64,000 nt of DNA from contig VRVR01000055.1 in assembly GCA_009859145.1 (NCBI GenBank), positions 84,062-148,061 of the forward strand, given 5' to 3'. The DNA comes from Andalucia godoyi And28. Its lineage: Eukaryota; Protista; Jakobida. The notes beneath the pieces are model-generated. The model saw nothing but the letters and a program-made list of their open reading frames with translations, did not search any database and was not told the origin of the DNA. Made by a program: the position numbers and the translations under genes. Below are positions 18,450 through 30,400 of this stretch, piece by piece. The number at the start of each line of letters is the position of its first letter. The stretch's first letter is position 1.

Positions 18450-19270
18450 ATGCGCCAAACACGGGCTAATCTGCCATCTCATCGGAAACCTGTGTCCACA
18501 GTTGACCATCAAAACAAGACATCCAAAAGATGCCGCGTGAGTCACGCTTGTGTGCATTGCCAGAGTGTACACAGACCCTGTGATGGCCAGCTTCCGTGTC
18601 ATCGATGTGTCCAAAAAGATATTGCGCTCGATTGCAGATATTCCTCGCAAGGCAGACGAGGTAAGCCCTCTGCCCACGGCAGACTGTTGGCCGAAAGTCA
18701 TGGTCGCGGGAAGCGATCTTCGTCTATACAGAAAATTGTCAGGCAAATGGAACCACAATCGCCCTCCCGATCTCCGACTGATGCAAGTGGTGACCGTCCA
18801 GTCGCAGACGGTTCATTCACGCCGATCAGGTCTATTGATGCCGTTGGACGAGAATCCTCGTCTTCTTACTCTCGTGGTCCTCCCACACAACCTGAAATGA
18901 TGGCTTCTGGAATTTCTACTGCAGACAATCCTTCCCAATTACGTATTCGAAAGAATGCAACAAATCCCACTGGTCAGTTTCCCTTCTGCCCAATCTGTTC
19001 CAGCTGCGCACAGTATACCAGATGTTCACGTCTTATCTCAACCGATTCTTGCGAACATTTCTTCAGGAATCCGTATTCGATATCCGTTCCCACATTACTA
19101 TCGACCTTGGGGTACGTAATACCATGGACACACTTTCTTCGACGTCTCTGTGGAAATTTGTCATGGATTTTGACAAGCAAACGGTCGTCTGAAGGTCGCT
19201 GAGAAAAGAGTGATGGAAGGTACAATTTGAATTGGTCTGCAACTCTTCGAAAAAAATTCTGAGACCGTAC
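18450..19270 (+). pseudogene. Zn2Cys6 (zinc binuclear cluster) transcription factor gene; frame-disrupted or spliced
   Basis: ACVHCQSVHRPCDGQLPCHRCVQKDIALDC. From about 18900 a second frame reads more protein-like (LLEFLLQTILPNYVFERMQQIP...) but has stops at 19117, 19171 and 19228. Short GT-AG introns could remove some of these, so its status is uncertain. Confidence 0.65.
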
Positions 19271-19447
19271 GTTAAGCAGCAGTCGGACAGCAAACATGTT
19301 TAAAAAAAAGAATATTGTTTGTGGCACAGACATTCCATAATAACGTACGATTCAGACTGGACAAGTAAACACCAAAGAAGTTTTCCTCAAAATTAATCTT
19401 CCTTTAGGAAAGCTGATATACCACGAAGTAAATAAGAGACCTTTGGA

Positions 19448-20086
19448 ATGACTACAAGACAAGGACAACAGCAAGCAGCGGACATGCAATCTGACAAATT
19501 CAGAACATCTAGCAACTCAGCGACCGAACTCCGACAGAATGCTGTCGAAACTCTGCTGAATCGCGTAATTCTCCGAAGCATGATCTTCCAAAAGCTGCTC
19601 ATAAGCCGCAAGACACAAAATATTGCTCAAACTGCAGGTGGAGAGTTCGCAACGATTGAATGAGTCGATGCTGTGAATCTGCATGTGGAGTGAGAACGTG
19701 AGCTTGTCTGTTGCCAAGTTGCGGTACGTTGCCCATCATACTGAACAGGGAAGCTCGTTTGAGGACTCTCCGCAACCCTACGTCTAGTTCTATGCAAAAA
19801 GAGATAGAAATCGGTGAAAACGAAAATAACAAAGAATATTTCTGAAAATACTCTTCCTGCGACGGAGTTTGTCAAGAAAACATCTGTCCTTTCTTCGGCA
19901 TCTGCTCTCTTTCTGCAAAATTGTAGCCAGATTGTTCAGAAGCTCGCGTTGGTGAGAGATCTGCATGACAGAGAAAACTGCGACAGTCCACGGGCGCGGA
20001 CAGAATATCAGAAACTGTTTTTAAAAGCGCATTATCCATCCAGAAGGCTTAAGGAACCTACAAAGCAAACGCTACGAATATATTGA
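19448..20086 (+). pseudogene. Possible decayed gene of unknown family
   Basis: ORFs 19448..19663 and 19814..20086 are in the same frame, separated by four TGA and one TAG. The flanking translations look protein-like but no family motif was recognised. Confidence 0.3.
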
Positions 20087-20316
20087 ATGAAAGAACGGAG
20101 ATGATTGTTTGGATTGCTGTAGTGCATGTGAGCAGACGGCCAAAAAAGAAGTTCGACAATGACCGGATTGCTCACACCATGTCGGACGACTGCAGCAGCA
20201 GCAAGGTTCGGAGAGTTCCTGTCATGAAGCGCCTAGAATCTGTAAAGTGAATCCGGGTCTTTTGTGGACACATTTTTTCTCTTCGTTTCGCTTTTCGTTT
20301 GGATTCTTTCCTTTCC

Positions 20317-21477
20317 ATGAACAAAGACGTGCTATTTCATCTCGAAACAGGATTCACGTCAAAGATAATGTTTTCGATGAGCCAGGCTGATTCATTTCCC
20401 TACACGAGCCACACCATTTCTGCAGCAGTCACGGACGTGCTGAAGAACAAGTGTGTATTTCCGAGATTGCTTCCAGATCTCATTCTGGACGAGAGCTTTT
20501 TGAGTGTTGTGGACTCTGCTTTTGATGAATGTGCCGACTCTGTCATCAAAAAGCCAAGCAGCTGTGAAGTTACTGATTGCACTCCAAGCGATGATGCAAA
20601 TTCTCCTTCGACCGCGGTTTCTACCAATCTTTCGGATCCTCCAATTGTTCTACGTTCGGAATCCGAAGCCAAATCACAGCGTACTTCTTCGGCGGGATAT
20701 TCTTGCCAAGCGAGCTCGGATCATGTGCACGATTGGACCTTGATGTCCTCGGCAGTCAATAACACTTGCCTCCGCATTCAGTCACGGTCTTCAAGGACGG
20801 ATTTTCGAAGCTGGACAGAGCCGTGTGGACATGCCGGCTTTTACAGACACATCCTTGCCAACAGAGCTCGTGGAGCCAACAGCCTTGATTTTGCAGACTT
20901 GGAATGGTACAAGACGCATGTGTACTCTCTTTTCGTGTCTGTGTCTTTTCCAATCTCAAGTCTGTGCAGCGTCGGGATGGATGCATGTTACTCTTCTATG
21001 AGTGATCTGCGTTGCTCACTTGAGCTGACAGATGCAGAAGGAACTGCGATCCACCACTCTTTGCTTCGAGGAGGGAAATCAACCGCCGGTAGTGGTGACC
21101 AGACCTCCGGGGACCACTCTATTTCTCCCGCAAGTCTCTTAGAATACAGCATGCTTCAGACAGACAAGAACGACGAATCCGGAATGGTGACATACGAAGG
21201 TTTTGTGGGTCCTTTTCGCATACTGTCGCACTCTCAATTGTCAACGGGAAAACTTGCTCCGAGGAGGCTTCGAGTCTCAGTGTTCGCCGAAACACACTTA
21301 GAGAAATCGACATCATCACCCTTACTTTATCTTTGCCAGACTTGGAGTCCCACGTTCTTCGTCAAAGGCAAGAAGCCTATCTGCGTCGCAGCGCTACCGA
21401 AGAGAATCGAACACACCGTGACTCAACATCTACCGCTTGCTCCGGTTGCAAAGAAGAGACGAAAAGCAATGGCATAA
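20317..21477 (+). CDS. Hypothetical protein, possibly an Ig-fold (velvet/p53-like superfamily) DNA-binding protein
   Basis: Clean ~386-aa ORF from the first ATG. Ser-rich N-terminal half; C-terminal GPFRILSHS...RLRVSVF...WSPTFFVKGKKP pattern and terminal NLS-like KKRRK. The family call is pattern-based inference only. Confidence 0.6.
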   Translation: MNKDVLFHLETGFTSKIMFSMSQADSFPYTSHTISAAVTDVLKNKCVFPRLLPDLILDESFLSVVDSAFDECADSVIKKPSSCEVTDCTPSDDANSPSTAVSTNLSDPPIVLRSESEAKSQRTSSAGYSCQASSDHVHDWTLMSSAVNNTCLRIQSRSSRTDFRSWTEPCGHAGFYRHILANRARGANSLDFADLEWYKTHVYSLFVSVSFPISSLCSVGMDACYSSMSDLRCSLELTDAEGTAIHHSLLRGGKSTAGSGDQTSGDHSISPASLLEYSMLQTDKNDESGMVTYEGFVGPFRILSHSQLSTGKLAPRRLRVSVFAETHLEKSTSSPLLYLCQTWSPTFFVKGKKPICVAALPKRIEHTVTQHLPLAPVAKKRRKAMA

Positions 21478-21967
21478 GGGCCTTTGTCTGCCTGGCTCTC
21501 TTTACGTCTCGACTCTTTTGTTCTACTGCATATCCTTCCTCGGTCGGGACTATCGAAGCGCAGAAGGGTCGGTTTGCTGTACATCGTGTGTCATGAATCA
21601 ATTACAAGACCGTCTATCACATCTTATCCTTGCCGCTGTCGGAGCATACTGTGTGAGGGAACCATACTTTCGGAGTCTGTGTCTCCATATTTTAGTGGAT
21701 GCTTCGGTCGGGAAACTATCCATCGTGAGCGCCATCCTGCACATCCAATTGTGCTGATTAATACACGTCGGCGCCATCGTGACCTGCCCCTTCGAACTTC
21801 CCGGTGTGCATCCACTTTCTTTCCGAAGCGGCTTTTTTTGTTTTTTGTATTGCTTCTGTCCGTCGCTCCGTTGTAAGTTCCCAATCAATTCAACATATTG
21901 TGTTCTGTTTTCCCTGAAGGCGCTTTGGGTTACGCTGATATTCATATAAAAACGATTGAATGCTATT

Positions 21968-22446
21968 TCACAGGGACGGTGTGTATACGTTAGCATCCTC
22001 GTAGTCGTTCAACCACAATGCTATCAGCACGGTTGCGCCTCCAGGGGGATGAACTGACTCTGTAACATACATCAGAGCAATCGCTAGTCCAGCGGAAGCG
22101 CTTGAAAGTATCGCTTGTACGAATTGTGAGTATTCACTAAGCGCCTGTGTCAACAAGACTCGTATGGTCAGACCGACAAACGCGGAAACGAGGTGTCCGC
22201 CTACGAAATTGCGTGGCTGCGCCAGGGGCGATGTTATGACTCCATAAATAGCACAGCAGAGGCGCCGAAACTGGCAATAATCAGCCGCTGGCTGCCAACA
22301 ATGTTGTAGTGCAGAGCAGCAACTATAGAAATGCCAAAGAACCCGCCGACGAACCCCATCATAACGTCAAATGCAGGGCTTGGATGATGTGTCTTGTACG
22401 AGGAATCTCCTTTCATCTTTGAGAAGAACTGCTTCCAGAATGGCAT
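21968..22446 (-). pseudogene. HPP-family membrane protein with a 1-nt frameshift
   Basis: IIASFGASAVL / (Y)GVITSPLAQPRNFVGGHLVSA...VHPPGGATVLIA. The two halves join if one T is added to the T-run at 22246-22248. The C-terminal TM segment looks short or missing. Pseudogene or assembly indel. Confidence 0.8.
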
Positions 22447-23110
22447 GCGACTGCAGTCGTGGACAGGCGCAAACACTGAAGAAGCCCGGCATCCTGCATT
22501 TTATAGTCATCGATCGTCAAATGTGGCCAATCGTACGCAGGAAAGTCGAGAGGTACGCCTCGTCTACTGGTTGTGACCTCTGCAAATAGTTCTTCGTCTA
22601 AAACTGAGAGGAGACACCATGTGCACTGTCGACAAGGACACCTTTATGTGATGCTCATGTGATTCGTTAGAGTCGCGTCGACAAATGTAACCCCGGAGTC
22701 ACCGAGTCTGTTTCCGAAATGGCGTTCATGAGGTAACGTTTTCCTACGCTTCGACAAACGCACCGGATTCACAGGAAACCCACGTCATATCAAATCTCCG
22801 CTGCTTTACCCGAATTTTCCTGCCTCCCGAGTCCGGGCGAGGTTACGGAAAACTGTCTTGCACGTCGAAAGCGGAATGGGACAAAGAAAAAAGAACGGTT
22901 TCGGAAAGACCAGGAAACTTTTCCGATCATTTTCTTTCGGGAGTTTTGTCGAATGATCCAACTTGAGTACGCATTCCAGGCCATTGCAAGGATGGCCAAA
23001 TTTTTGTGCTCCTTTGAACAAGATGGAAGAAAGCCTGCTTTCAATTCGAATTTTTGTGACATCTTCATGTAATAAAGAGCAATTAACGGAGCCAGCAAAA
23101 TAACGTAGCA

Positions 23111-24260
23111 ATGCGATTCTCGTTTACATGGACTCCAATCATCTTGCTCATTTGCGTCCTTTTCTGCTCGCATGCTTCTCTGACCTCAGGGAGTACCGAG
23201 AATGAAGACCTGTTCCACCTTAAGCTGCCGATGCCACCAGCTCTTTTCTTGGACAGATTGCAACGGCCGCATGACCCGTCAGTGCTCTGCCAGTTTCTGT
23301 CGAGTGTCGTGTCTCGGCATATCGTTAGGAATTTGGAACGGATTATATTCCGGTACAAATCGTTTGATCCTCGGCAAAAAGGGATAGCATCGATGTTCTC
23401 TGAGAGCGTGGTTGAATCTATGGTCTCCAGTGTCTCCAATCCGAGAAGATCCAAAGAGAACCAGCATGGGAATGCTCACTCAATTGCGGGACTTTTGATG
23501 TAATCCAAACCAGTTCATATCAAGTATCGATTTCTGTGGAACGAGCCGTTGATCGTCTCTCCATTTTGACCGGCTGTCAACATCTTCCTTGCCCATGCAA
23601 TGGAGGAGTTGTATTCGACTACTACTAGTGGACACGATGGCGGGAATGCCGCGGTATTTTGGAAGGCGATTGTGGAAGGAACGTCGGAATGGAAGTATTT
23701 GGTGTTTTCTCCAGTTATCGATCGCATCTCATGTGACCGAGATCTGTATGAGATCAAGTTTGAAAATCCTCGGTTTTTTCGGAAACGATGAGATACGCCA
23801 GTACTGGGATGATTTTGTAAAGAATGGTGTTTTCGACTCCGAACACTTTCTGGAAGAAGAGCTGTTCGAATCCGAGTTGTACAGCGCAACAAAGCCAAAT
23901 CGCCGTCGTCGTCAGCAGACGCAAGAGAAACCAACATCTCCTGTCGCTGATGCTGCGTTGCATGAAGATGGTACTGTCATACTGGTGAATCCTGCTCCAG
24001 TGGTGAAATCGAAAAACAGCAGGACAAACCGGGAAGCTGTTATGTATGCGCCGCAGAATGCTCTAACAGAATTTGCTTTTCGTGGAAAAGACGTTTTTAC
24101 TCGCCTAGATGCAAATCTCGATAGCCCATTGAATTCCTACGGGGTTCCATCAGGGAATCCGAAAGACAGGAAGTTTTTCCTATGGAAACGAAGACATCGT
24201 CATTATGATTTGGCATTTGTGGAATTGACGCTTTCGGTTCAACTGCGAACGTTTCCATAA
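23111..24260 (+). pseudogene. Putative secreted protein split by about three frameshifts
   Basis: Signal peptide MRFSFTWTPIILLICVLFCSHAS. Protein-like segments hand over between frames near 23485 (G-run), about 23620 and 23775 (T-run, ...ENPRFF/GNDEIRQYWDDF...). Family not recognised. Confidence 0.45.
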
Positions 24261-24443
24261 CACATTATGAAGTAAAAACATGGTGCCATCGAATTACGTA
24301 TTTTATCCCGCTGAATTCAAAATTTCATACTCCGACGTTTCTCACTGATTTTCCTTGGGAATTCAAATCGGCGCGAATCCATCACGAATATCCAATAGCT
24401 GGGATCCGCTCCCGGTCTTTGGTTGAGCTGTGCTATGCTACAT

Positions 24444-24740
24444 CTATAAAGTACCAATCTCGTCCAGCAGAGTTTCATTAAGCGAGTCTTGACCATTCAG
24501 TCGCTTCGGCTCGCGCCACCGTTGTCGAAAACGTAATACAAGCATCCCGAACAGAACAACTGAGAAACCGATATTCAGGAGAAACACAACTGTTCCTGCT
24601 TCATCGACATCTCACACGCCCAGCACTTGCGATTGGACGGAGCATACGAGATTCACAAGAAGAATTCTCACAGAGATGATTTTGTCCGAATTCTCAATAT
24701 CCCGATGATGCAGAGCTGCGACTGTTGAAAGACCAGCTGT
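24444..24740 (-). pseudogene. 3'-terminal relic of a fourth LRR multi-TM receptor paralog
   Basis: The minus strand gives RDIENSDKIISVRILLVNLVCSVQSQVLGV*DVDEAGTVVFLLNIGFSVVLFGMLV..RWR / DSLNETLLDEIGTL*, colinear with the last ~90 aa of paralogs 2 and 3, with one in-frame TGA and one frameshift. Confidence 0.85.
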
Positions 24741-25137
24741 GCTACCGACCACCTTTGTCAGTGGATACTTACATGGTCCTCTGAGAGTGGAGGAATTGCA
24801 ATGTAGGCAATGGCAAACAGCATTCGGCGAAGTGAAGCAAGGAGCTTCCACAGTCTCCCATTCGGCTGTTACGCCCCGAACAGAAGAGAATGAACGTAAA
24901 GTCTGCTTAGAATTGAATGAAAACGTTCTGCGGCGCCAAATGCATTAATCTGAGATAGGGTTTGCGGGACTGCATAGTTTACATGTTCTAACTTGTTTGC
25001 GTGAGCACAGGTTCAAAAGCACTTTTCAAGAGCATTTTCTTGAAAACCTTCTCAGATCAATTATTACCACCGCTGCAGTTGGGAGAAAGGTCTGAAGCCA
25101 TGAATTAACTTGGGGTTCGCCCGCTGTCTGGGATCCG

Positions 25138-26443
25138 TTGGTTTCCGCGCAACGATTCGCATGTTTGATCCGCCGTCTCTTTTTTGAGTTCGATCTGGTT
25201 CTCCACATTGTGTGGAGAAATACGGTTGATAATCGAAGAGACGTCGTATTTGGTGTCGCGATTCATGGTGGGGACATTGTATTCAATTGGATCCACCATA
25301 TTGAAAAAGCAGGCTACAGAAACTGGCTGCTTGCCGTTCGACATCAAGCGTTGTTTGACGAAGTCGGATGCGAGTATCCTAGTCATACAATCGTTGGTTC
25401 GCTTATCATGGACAAGCTTGATCTGGGAAAATGCGGAGACGAGTATGAAAATGGGCTTGATCTGGAGCCAAATGGTGACAATTTCAGCGGCGTGGTTGAG
25501 ACGATTGTCCATTACATGCTGCTGAAACGGGGATACACTGTCATCTGCGCCAATGTCGACGTTGTGTTTCGGGATCCCATGGATCTGTCCCACAAGATGA
25601 GCAACACCAGCATTGCCTTTTCTACGTACGACTATCCTTATTACGGGCCTTTACCGAGGGCTGTCAGCGTGCTTCGAAAGTTGGCGTCTGGTGTTTCTGC
25701 AAACTGGGGGTTCTTTGTGCTGTTCCGCACCAACTATACTGTGATTTACTGAGAGTGTACGCACTGGTGCTACTGCTGCATGATCGCGTATGTGCAATGA
25801 CCAACTGTACGGTATCAGATTGTTGACTGATCATCCAGAGTGGATGTGTTCGTACGGGTATGCAGATTCCGCGACGGATATGATCGAATACAGCGGATCG
25901 AAGCTGCATCCTGATTGGTGTGTGCGGATTCTCTCTCTTGACACATTGAAGTATCCCATCTATGCGTGGTACGTCTCTGGATTTGCGCCGGATGCCATCG
26001 CGGTCCACATGACGAACCATTACCTCGCGCCGAAGACTCACGGCTTGCGTTCCTTGGATCTGTTCGACGTCGACAAGACGAAGGATGGTATGAAGCATTT
26101 CCAAAGATGTGTTCTAACGTACGACTACAAATGCGGGAATAATCTCGCAGAACGATACACTGCTGCACAGAAGGCCACTTCTCTGGCGCTCTCATTGGAG
26201 CGAGATCTGATACTGCCCATGTTTCCCTACAAGGAAGTAGCGGAGTATTTTAAAGCTCCGCTTCTTGAAAATTTCCGCAAAACGTGGTGTCCCTATGACT
26301 GGTATTTGAGTCCAACTGTTTTTGGACAGGGGTTGTATCCTGCAGACTTTCTGAAAGACACGTTTCTGCAGCGAGGAGAAGCCTGTGCAGCGACAAAGAT
26401 GTTCGCAGGATTGGTTCGACGGCGCTCGATGTCGATGCTTTGA
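25138..26443 (+). pseudogene. Nucleotide-diphospho-sugar transferase family glycosyltransferase, split by frameshift(s)
   Basis: ORF1: LLKRGYTVICANVDVVFRDP...NWGFFVLF. ORF2: NDQLY..LL...RILSLD..KYP...AVHMTNHY...K..GLR..DLF. This is the motif order of that family. The junction at 25741-25790 appears to need two 1-nt insertions. True start uncertain. Confidence 0.65.
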
Positions 26444-26679
26444 GCGACGTAGCCAACAATGCCCTCGAGCTTCGGTGTTTTGTGGACGCTGAGTTGCGAA
26501 ATGTCCCTCAATCAGTTCTGAATATTTTTTCGGACGATGAAGACCAAATGAAGCGGTCCGATGACTCTAGACTCTGTCTTCTGTAAAAGAGTTACCCGTT
26601 CTAAACTAGAAATGGAGGTGGTGTTGGTGTTTGTATTTACATGTACTGGTCCCCTCTTCAGTCCAATCCGATATGTGAA

Positions 26680-27358
26680 TCATTTCTCCGACTGTCCCGT
26701 CATGTAGTAAGCGCGCGCACCCGGAATCAAGGAGCGAGAATGTGTTGGAGCAACAGCAAGCAATTGATCGACAAGCTGACGAATGCGCTGTTGGTTAGAT
26801 GCATGGGAAGCTGTGTCTATTGTCACCACTGTCCTTTTCATGCGACTGCATATATGAAAGTCATTCTTTGCTGATCCACACCATTTTCTCAACGGTCGGA
26901 AGACTGCAGTGAGGTGAGAATCCGACCATCTTTGTCCATGCTGTCCGATGGCAAATCTGTGGAGATGGCCTGGCTGATCGGCGGTGTCTGCTGCAGTTGT
27001 CGCTAATGTTTCTTCGTTCATCTGTTGTTGTTCCGACGAAACATCTACTATCCTGTTACGTGACGGAAAGCTGTCCAGCACCAGCAGACGAAATACGATG
27101 GGTGCTGATATGCGTCAATTGTGCGGGCTTTGCTTTTGAAGCGGATATCCAAAATGGAATACTTTCGGAGTTGGGAGCGAGCGGCAGCAGATCCATCGAC
27201 GGCAAATGATGTGCTCCGGTCTCAACAAGATACATGAGTAACGAACAGCTGGATCGATCTGCTTGTATGTCGCGGAGGAAACCTCTGAATCGCTGAAAAG
27301 GATGGCAACCAGCGGAATGACAATTCCTGGGTTGCAACAAAAATCGCTTTTCCCTCAT
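26680..27358 (-). other. Possible disrupted hypothetical gene
   Basis: Two overlapping minus-strand ORFs (27056..27358 and 26680..27081) in different frames with partly protein-like composition. No recognisable motif. Confidence 0.2.
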
Positions 27359-27404
27359 TTTCTTTCTTCTTTTTCATCGAATTGTTCTTAAGTAAACGAA
27401 GAAA

Positions 27405-30400
27405 ATGAGACTGATTCTCCGGGCTGTGCTCTTGTGTACGTTAGCTTGTTTGACTCACGGGCAGCAGTTCAATACGTGGGTCAGCGTGGGAAACGGTGTT
27501 ATTAATTCTGGTGCAGTTGTATCAGATACAAATCTTGTACTCAATGGTTCTGGAGTCCCGTATGTTGCTTACCGAGATAATGCGAACTCGGGCAAGGCAA
27601 CAGTGAGGGCATACGTCGGTGGGATATGGACGACAGTCGGATCGGCCGGTTTTTCTGCTGGATCCGCTGGATTCATTAGCCTTGCGCTCAATGGCTCTGG
27701 AGTCCCGTACGTTGCCTTTCAAGATGAAGGAAATTCTGACAAGGCAACAGTAATGAAGTACAATGGTAGTGTATGGACGACTGTTGGATCGGCCGGATTT
27801 TCTCCTGGAGACGCTATGTACGTCAGTCTTGCGCTCGATGGTTCAGGAGTCCCGTACGTTGCTTTTCGGGATTTAACAAATTCCGGCAAAGCGAGAGTGA
27901 TGAAATACAGTAACGGGGCGTGGACGACTGTCGGCTCGGCCGGAATTTCTGCTGGAAGCGCAACTGATGTGAGTCTTGCACTCAATGGTTCTGGAGTCCC
28001 GTATGTTGCTTTTGCAGATGCCGGAAATGCCCATAAGGCAGTGGTAATGAAGTACACTGATGGAGTGTGGACAGCAGTCGGATCAGCTGGATTTTCTGCT
28101 GGAGATGCATATGACACAAGCCTTGCGCTTGATAGCTCTGGAGTCCCGTATATTGCTTTCCGGGATGTAGCGAATTCTAACAAGGCAACAGTGATGAAGT
28201 ACAATGGTAGTGTGTGGACGGCAGTCGGATCGACTGGATTTTCTGCCGGGACCGTAGATAGCACGAGGCTTGCGCTTGAGAACTTTGGAGTCCCGTATGT
28301 TGCTTTCCGGGAAAATTCTTACAAGACAACGGTGATGAAGTATAATGGTAGTCTGTGGACGGAAGTCGGATCGGCCAGATTTTCTGCTGGAGGTTCAGGA
28401 ACAGTTGACACGAGCCTTGCGCTCGACAGCTCTGGAGTCCCGTATGTTGCTTTTGTAGATAATGCACTTGGTCAGAGGGCAGTAGTGATGACTATCGCAT
28501 GTTCTCCGGGTGCTGCTGGCCCAAACGGTCAAAGCTGCGATGTGTGCGCAGAAGGAACATATACTACTGCTGCTGGAGCGCTTAACTGCACAAGGTGTCC
28601 TGCTGGAACATATAACCCTACGACGGGGGGTAACAGCACTTTGTCTTGCTTCTCATGTCCAGCAGGTAGTTACGTAGCCTCAGCTGGATCGTCGCAATGC
28701 ACTCTTTGTGCTGCGGGCACGTTTGGCAATGCTACTGCAGCAAACAGCTCTTCGGCTTGCTTCGCATGTCCAGCAGGTAGTTACGCAACGTCGGCTGGAT
28801 TGTCGCAATGCACACCCTGTGCTGCGGGCACATTTGGCAATGCTACTGCAGCAAACAGTTCATCGTCTTGCTTCACATGTCCAGCAGGCAGTTATACAGC
28901 ATCCAATGGATCGTCACAATGCACACTCTGTGCTGCGGGCACGTTTGGCAACGCAACTGCAGCAAACAGCTCTGCGGCTTGCTTTGCATGTCCAACAGGC
29001 AGCTATGCAGCGTCGGCTGGATCATCGCAATGCACACCCTGTGCTGCGGGATCGTTTGGCAACACAACTGGTGCCACGAGCTCTTCTTCGTGCTTTGATT
29101 GCCCGAGTGGATCCTACTCAATAACAGTCGGGTCCAATGCTTGCGTTTTATGTCCGTGCGGAACATTCGGCAACACAACTGGGGGTACGTCGAGCGCATC
29201 TGCATGCCTTGCATGTCCGGCTGGCTCGTTTTCCGCATTGAATGGCTCGACATCATGCACGTTTTGCGCTGCCGGGACATACAGCAACCGCACAGGCGGA
29301 ATCAGCTCGGCATCGTGCCTGCAATGTCCTGCTGGCTCGTTCGCAGCGGCCAACGGTTCAACTTTATGCACGTTGTGTGCCGCCGGGACATGGAGTAACG
29401 CCACTGGATCTGCAACCAGCTCTGTGTGCACACCTTGTTCTGCCGGAAGCTACACGACCGCTGCGGGATCCTCGTCGTGCGCACTGTGCTCTGCAGGTAC
29501 CTACAATCCGAGCAACGGCTCGACGAATGCAACATCGTGCATTCCGTGTGCTGTGAACTCGTTCTCGTCGACGACGGGCAGCGCTACCTGCACAGCTTGC
29601 AGCACCGGACAGTGTGCGCCTGCTGTCGGATCGACGTCCTGCGGTGCCTGCACATGCGCTCCCGGTCAGTATCGTGTTAGCGCAACGACCTGTGCGCAGT
29701 GCCCGGCAGGCACATGGCAGAGTCTGCCGGACCAGCCGTCATGCTACTACTGTCCCTTTGGACAGGCGTCGTCAGTCATCGGTGCGTACAACGTCAGCGT
29801 CTGCACACCCTGCGCTGCTGGATGGTATCCCGCAAGCGGATCGGCAAGTTGTGTGCAGTGTTATCCGGGGTGGTTTGCTCCCGGATCAGGAAACTCTGGC
29901 TGCGGCCCATGCCCTGCAGGAACCTACACGGGCATCTATGCAAGCGGGGCTTGCGATGCGTGCCCAGCAGGAACGTTTTCGACTGTTGCATCTCCTGGTT
30001 GCACGGCCTGCTCCAGCGGAGTCTCCAGTGTGGACAGAGCTCTGCGATGCAATGTCTACAATGTTTCCGAGTCTGCACTGTCGCCAACGGAAGTGTCGCT
30101 GCTGTCGTCAGACTGGCAGTGTGCGTCACACCAGATGGGCTCGTCGAATACCTCCCTCGCTGTGTATGCGACGTGGAATCGCCAAGCAATGACGGTGGAA
30201 TCGTTTGCTTCGTGCAACGTCAGCACATTTGAAACACTGCCGACTGCGAGCACCAAAGGAGAGTCGCTGAGCTTGGCGCTGAATGTGACGACGCTCACGT
30301 CGGCGAGCGCGTGGTTTGTGCAAGGTGCAAAGTGCTTCGTGTGCATGCGTGCATCGGCGGCAGGCACTGCCTGGATTGCGCTGTCAGAGACGGAAGTTGT

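Noticed and set aside
18974-19333. Minus-strand 119-aa ORF as a separate gene
   Set aside because: It overlaps the more protein-like plus-strand continuation of the Zn2Cys6 gene and has no motif; probably a shadow ORF.
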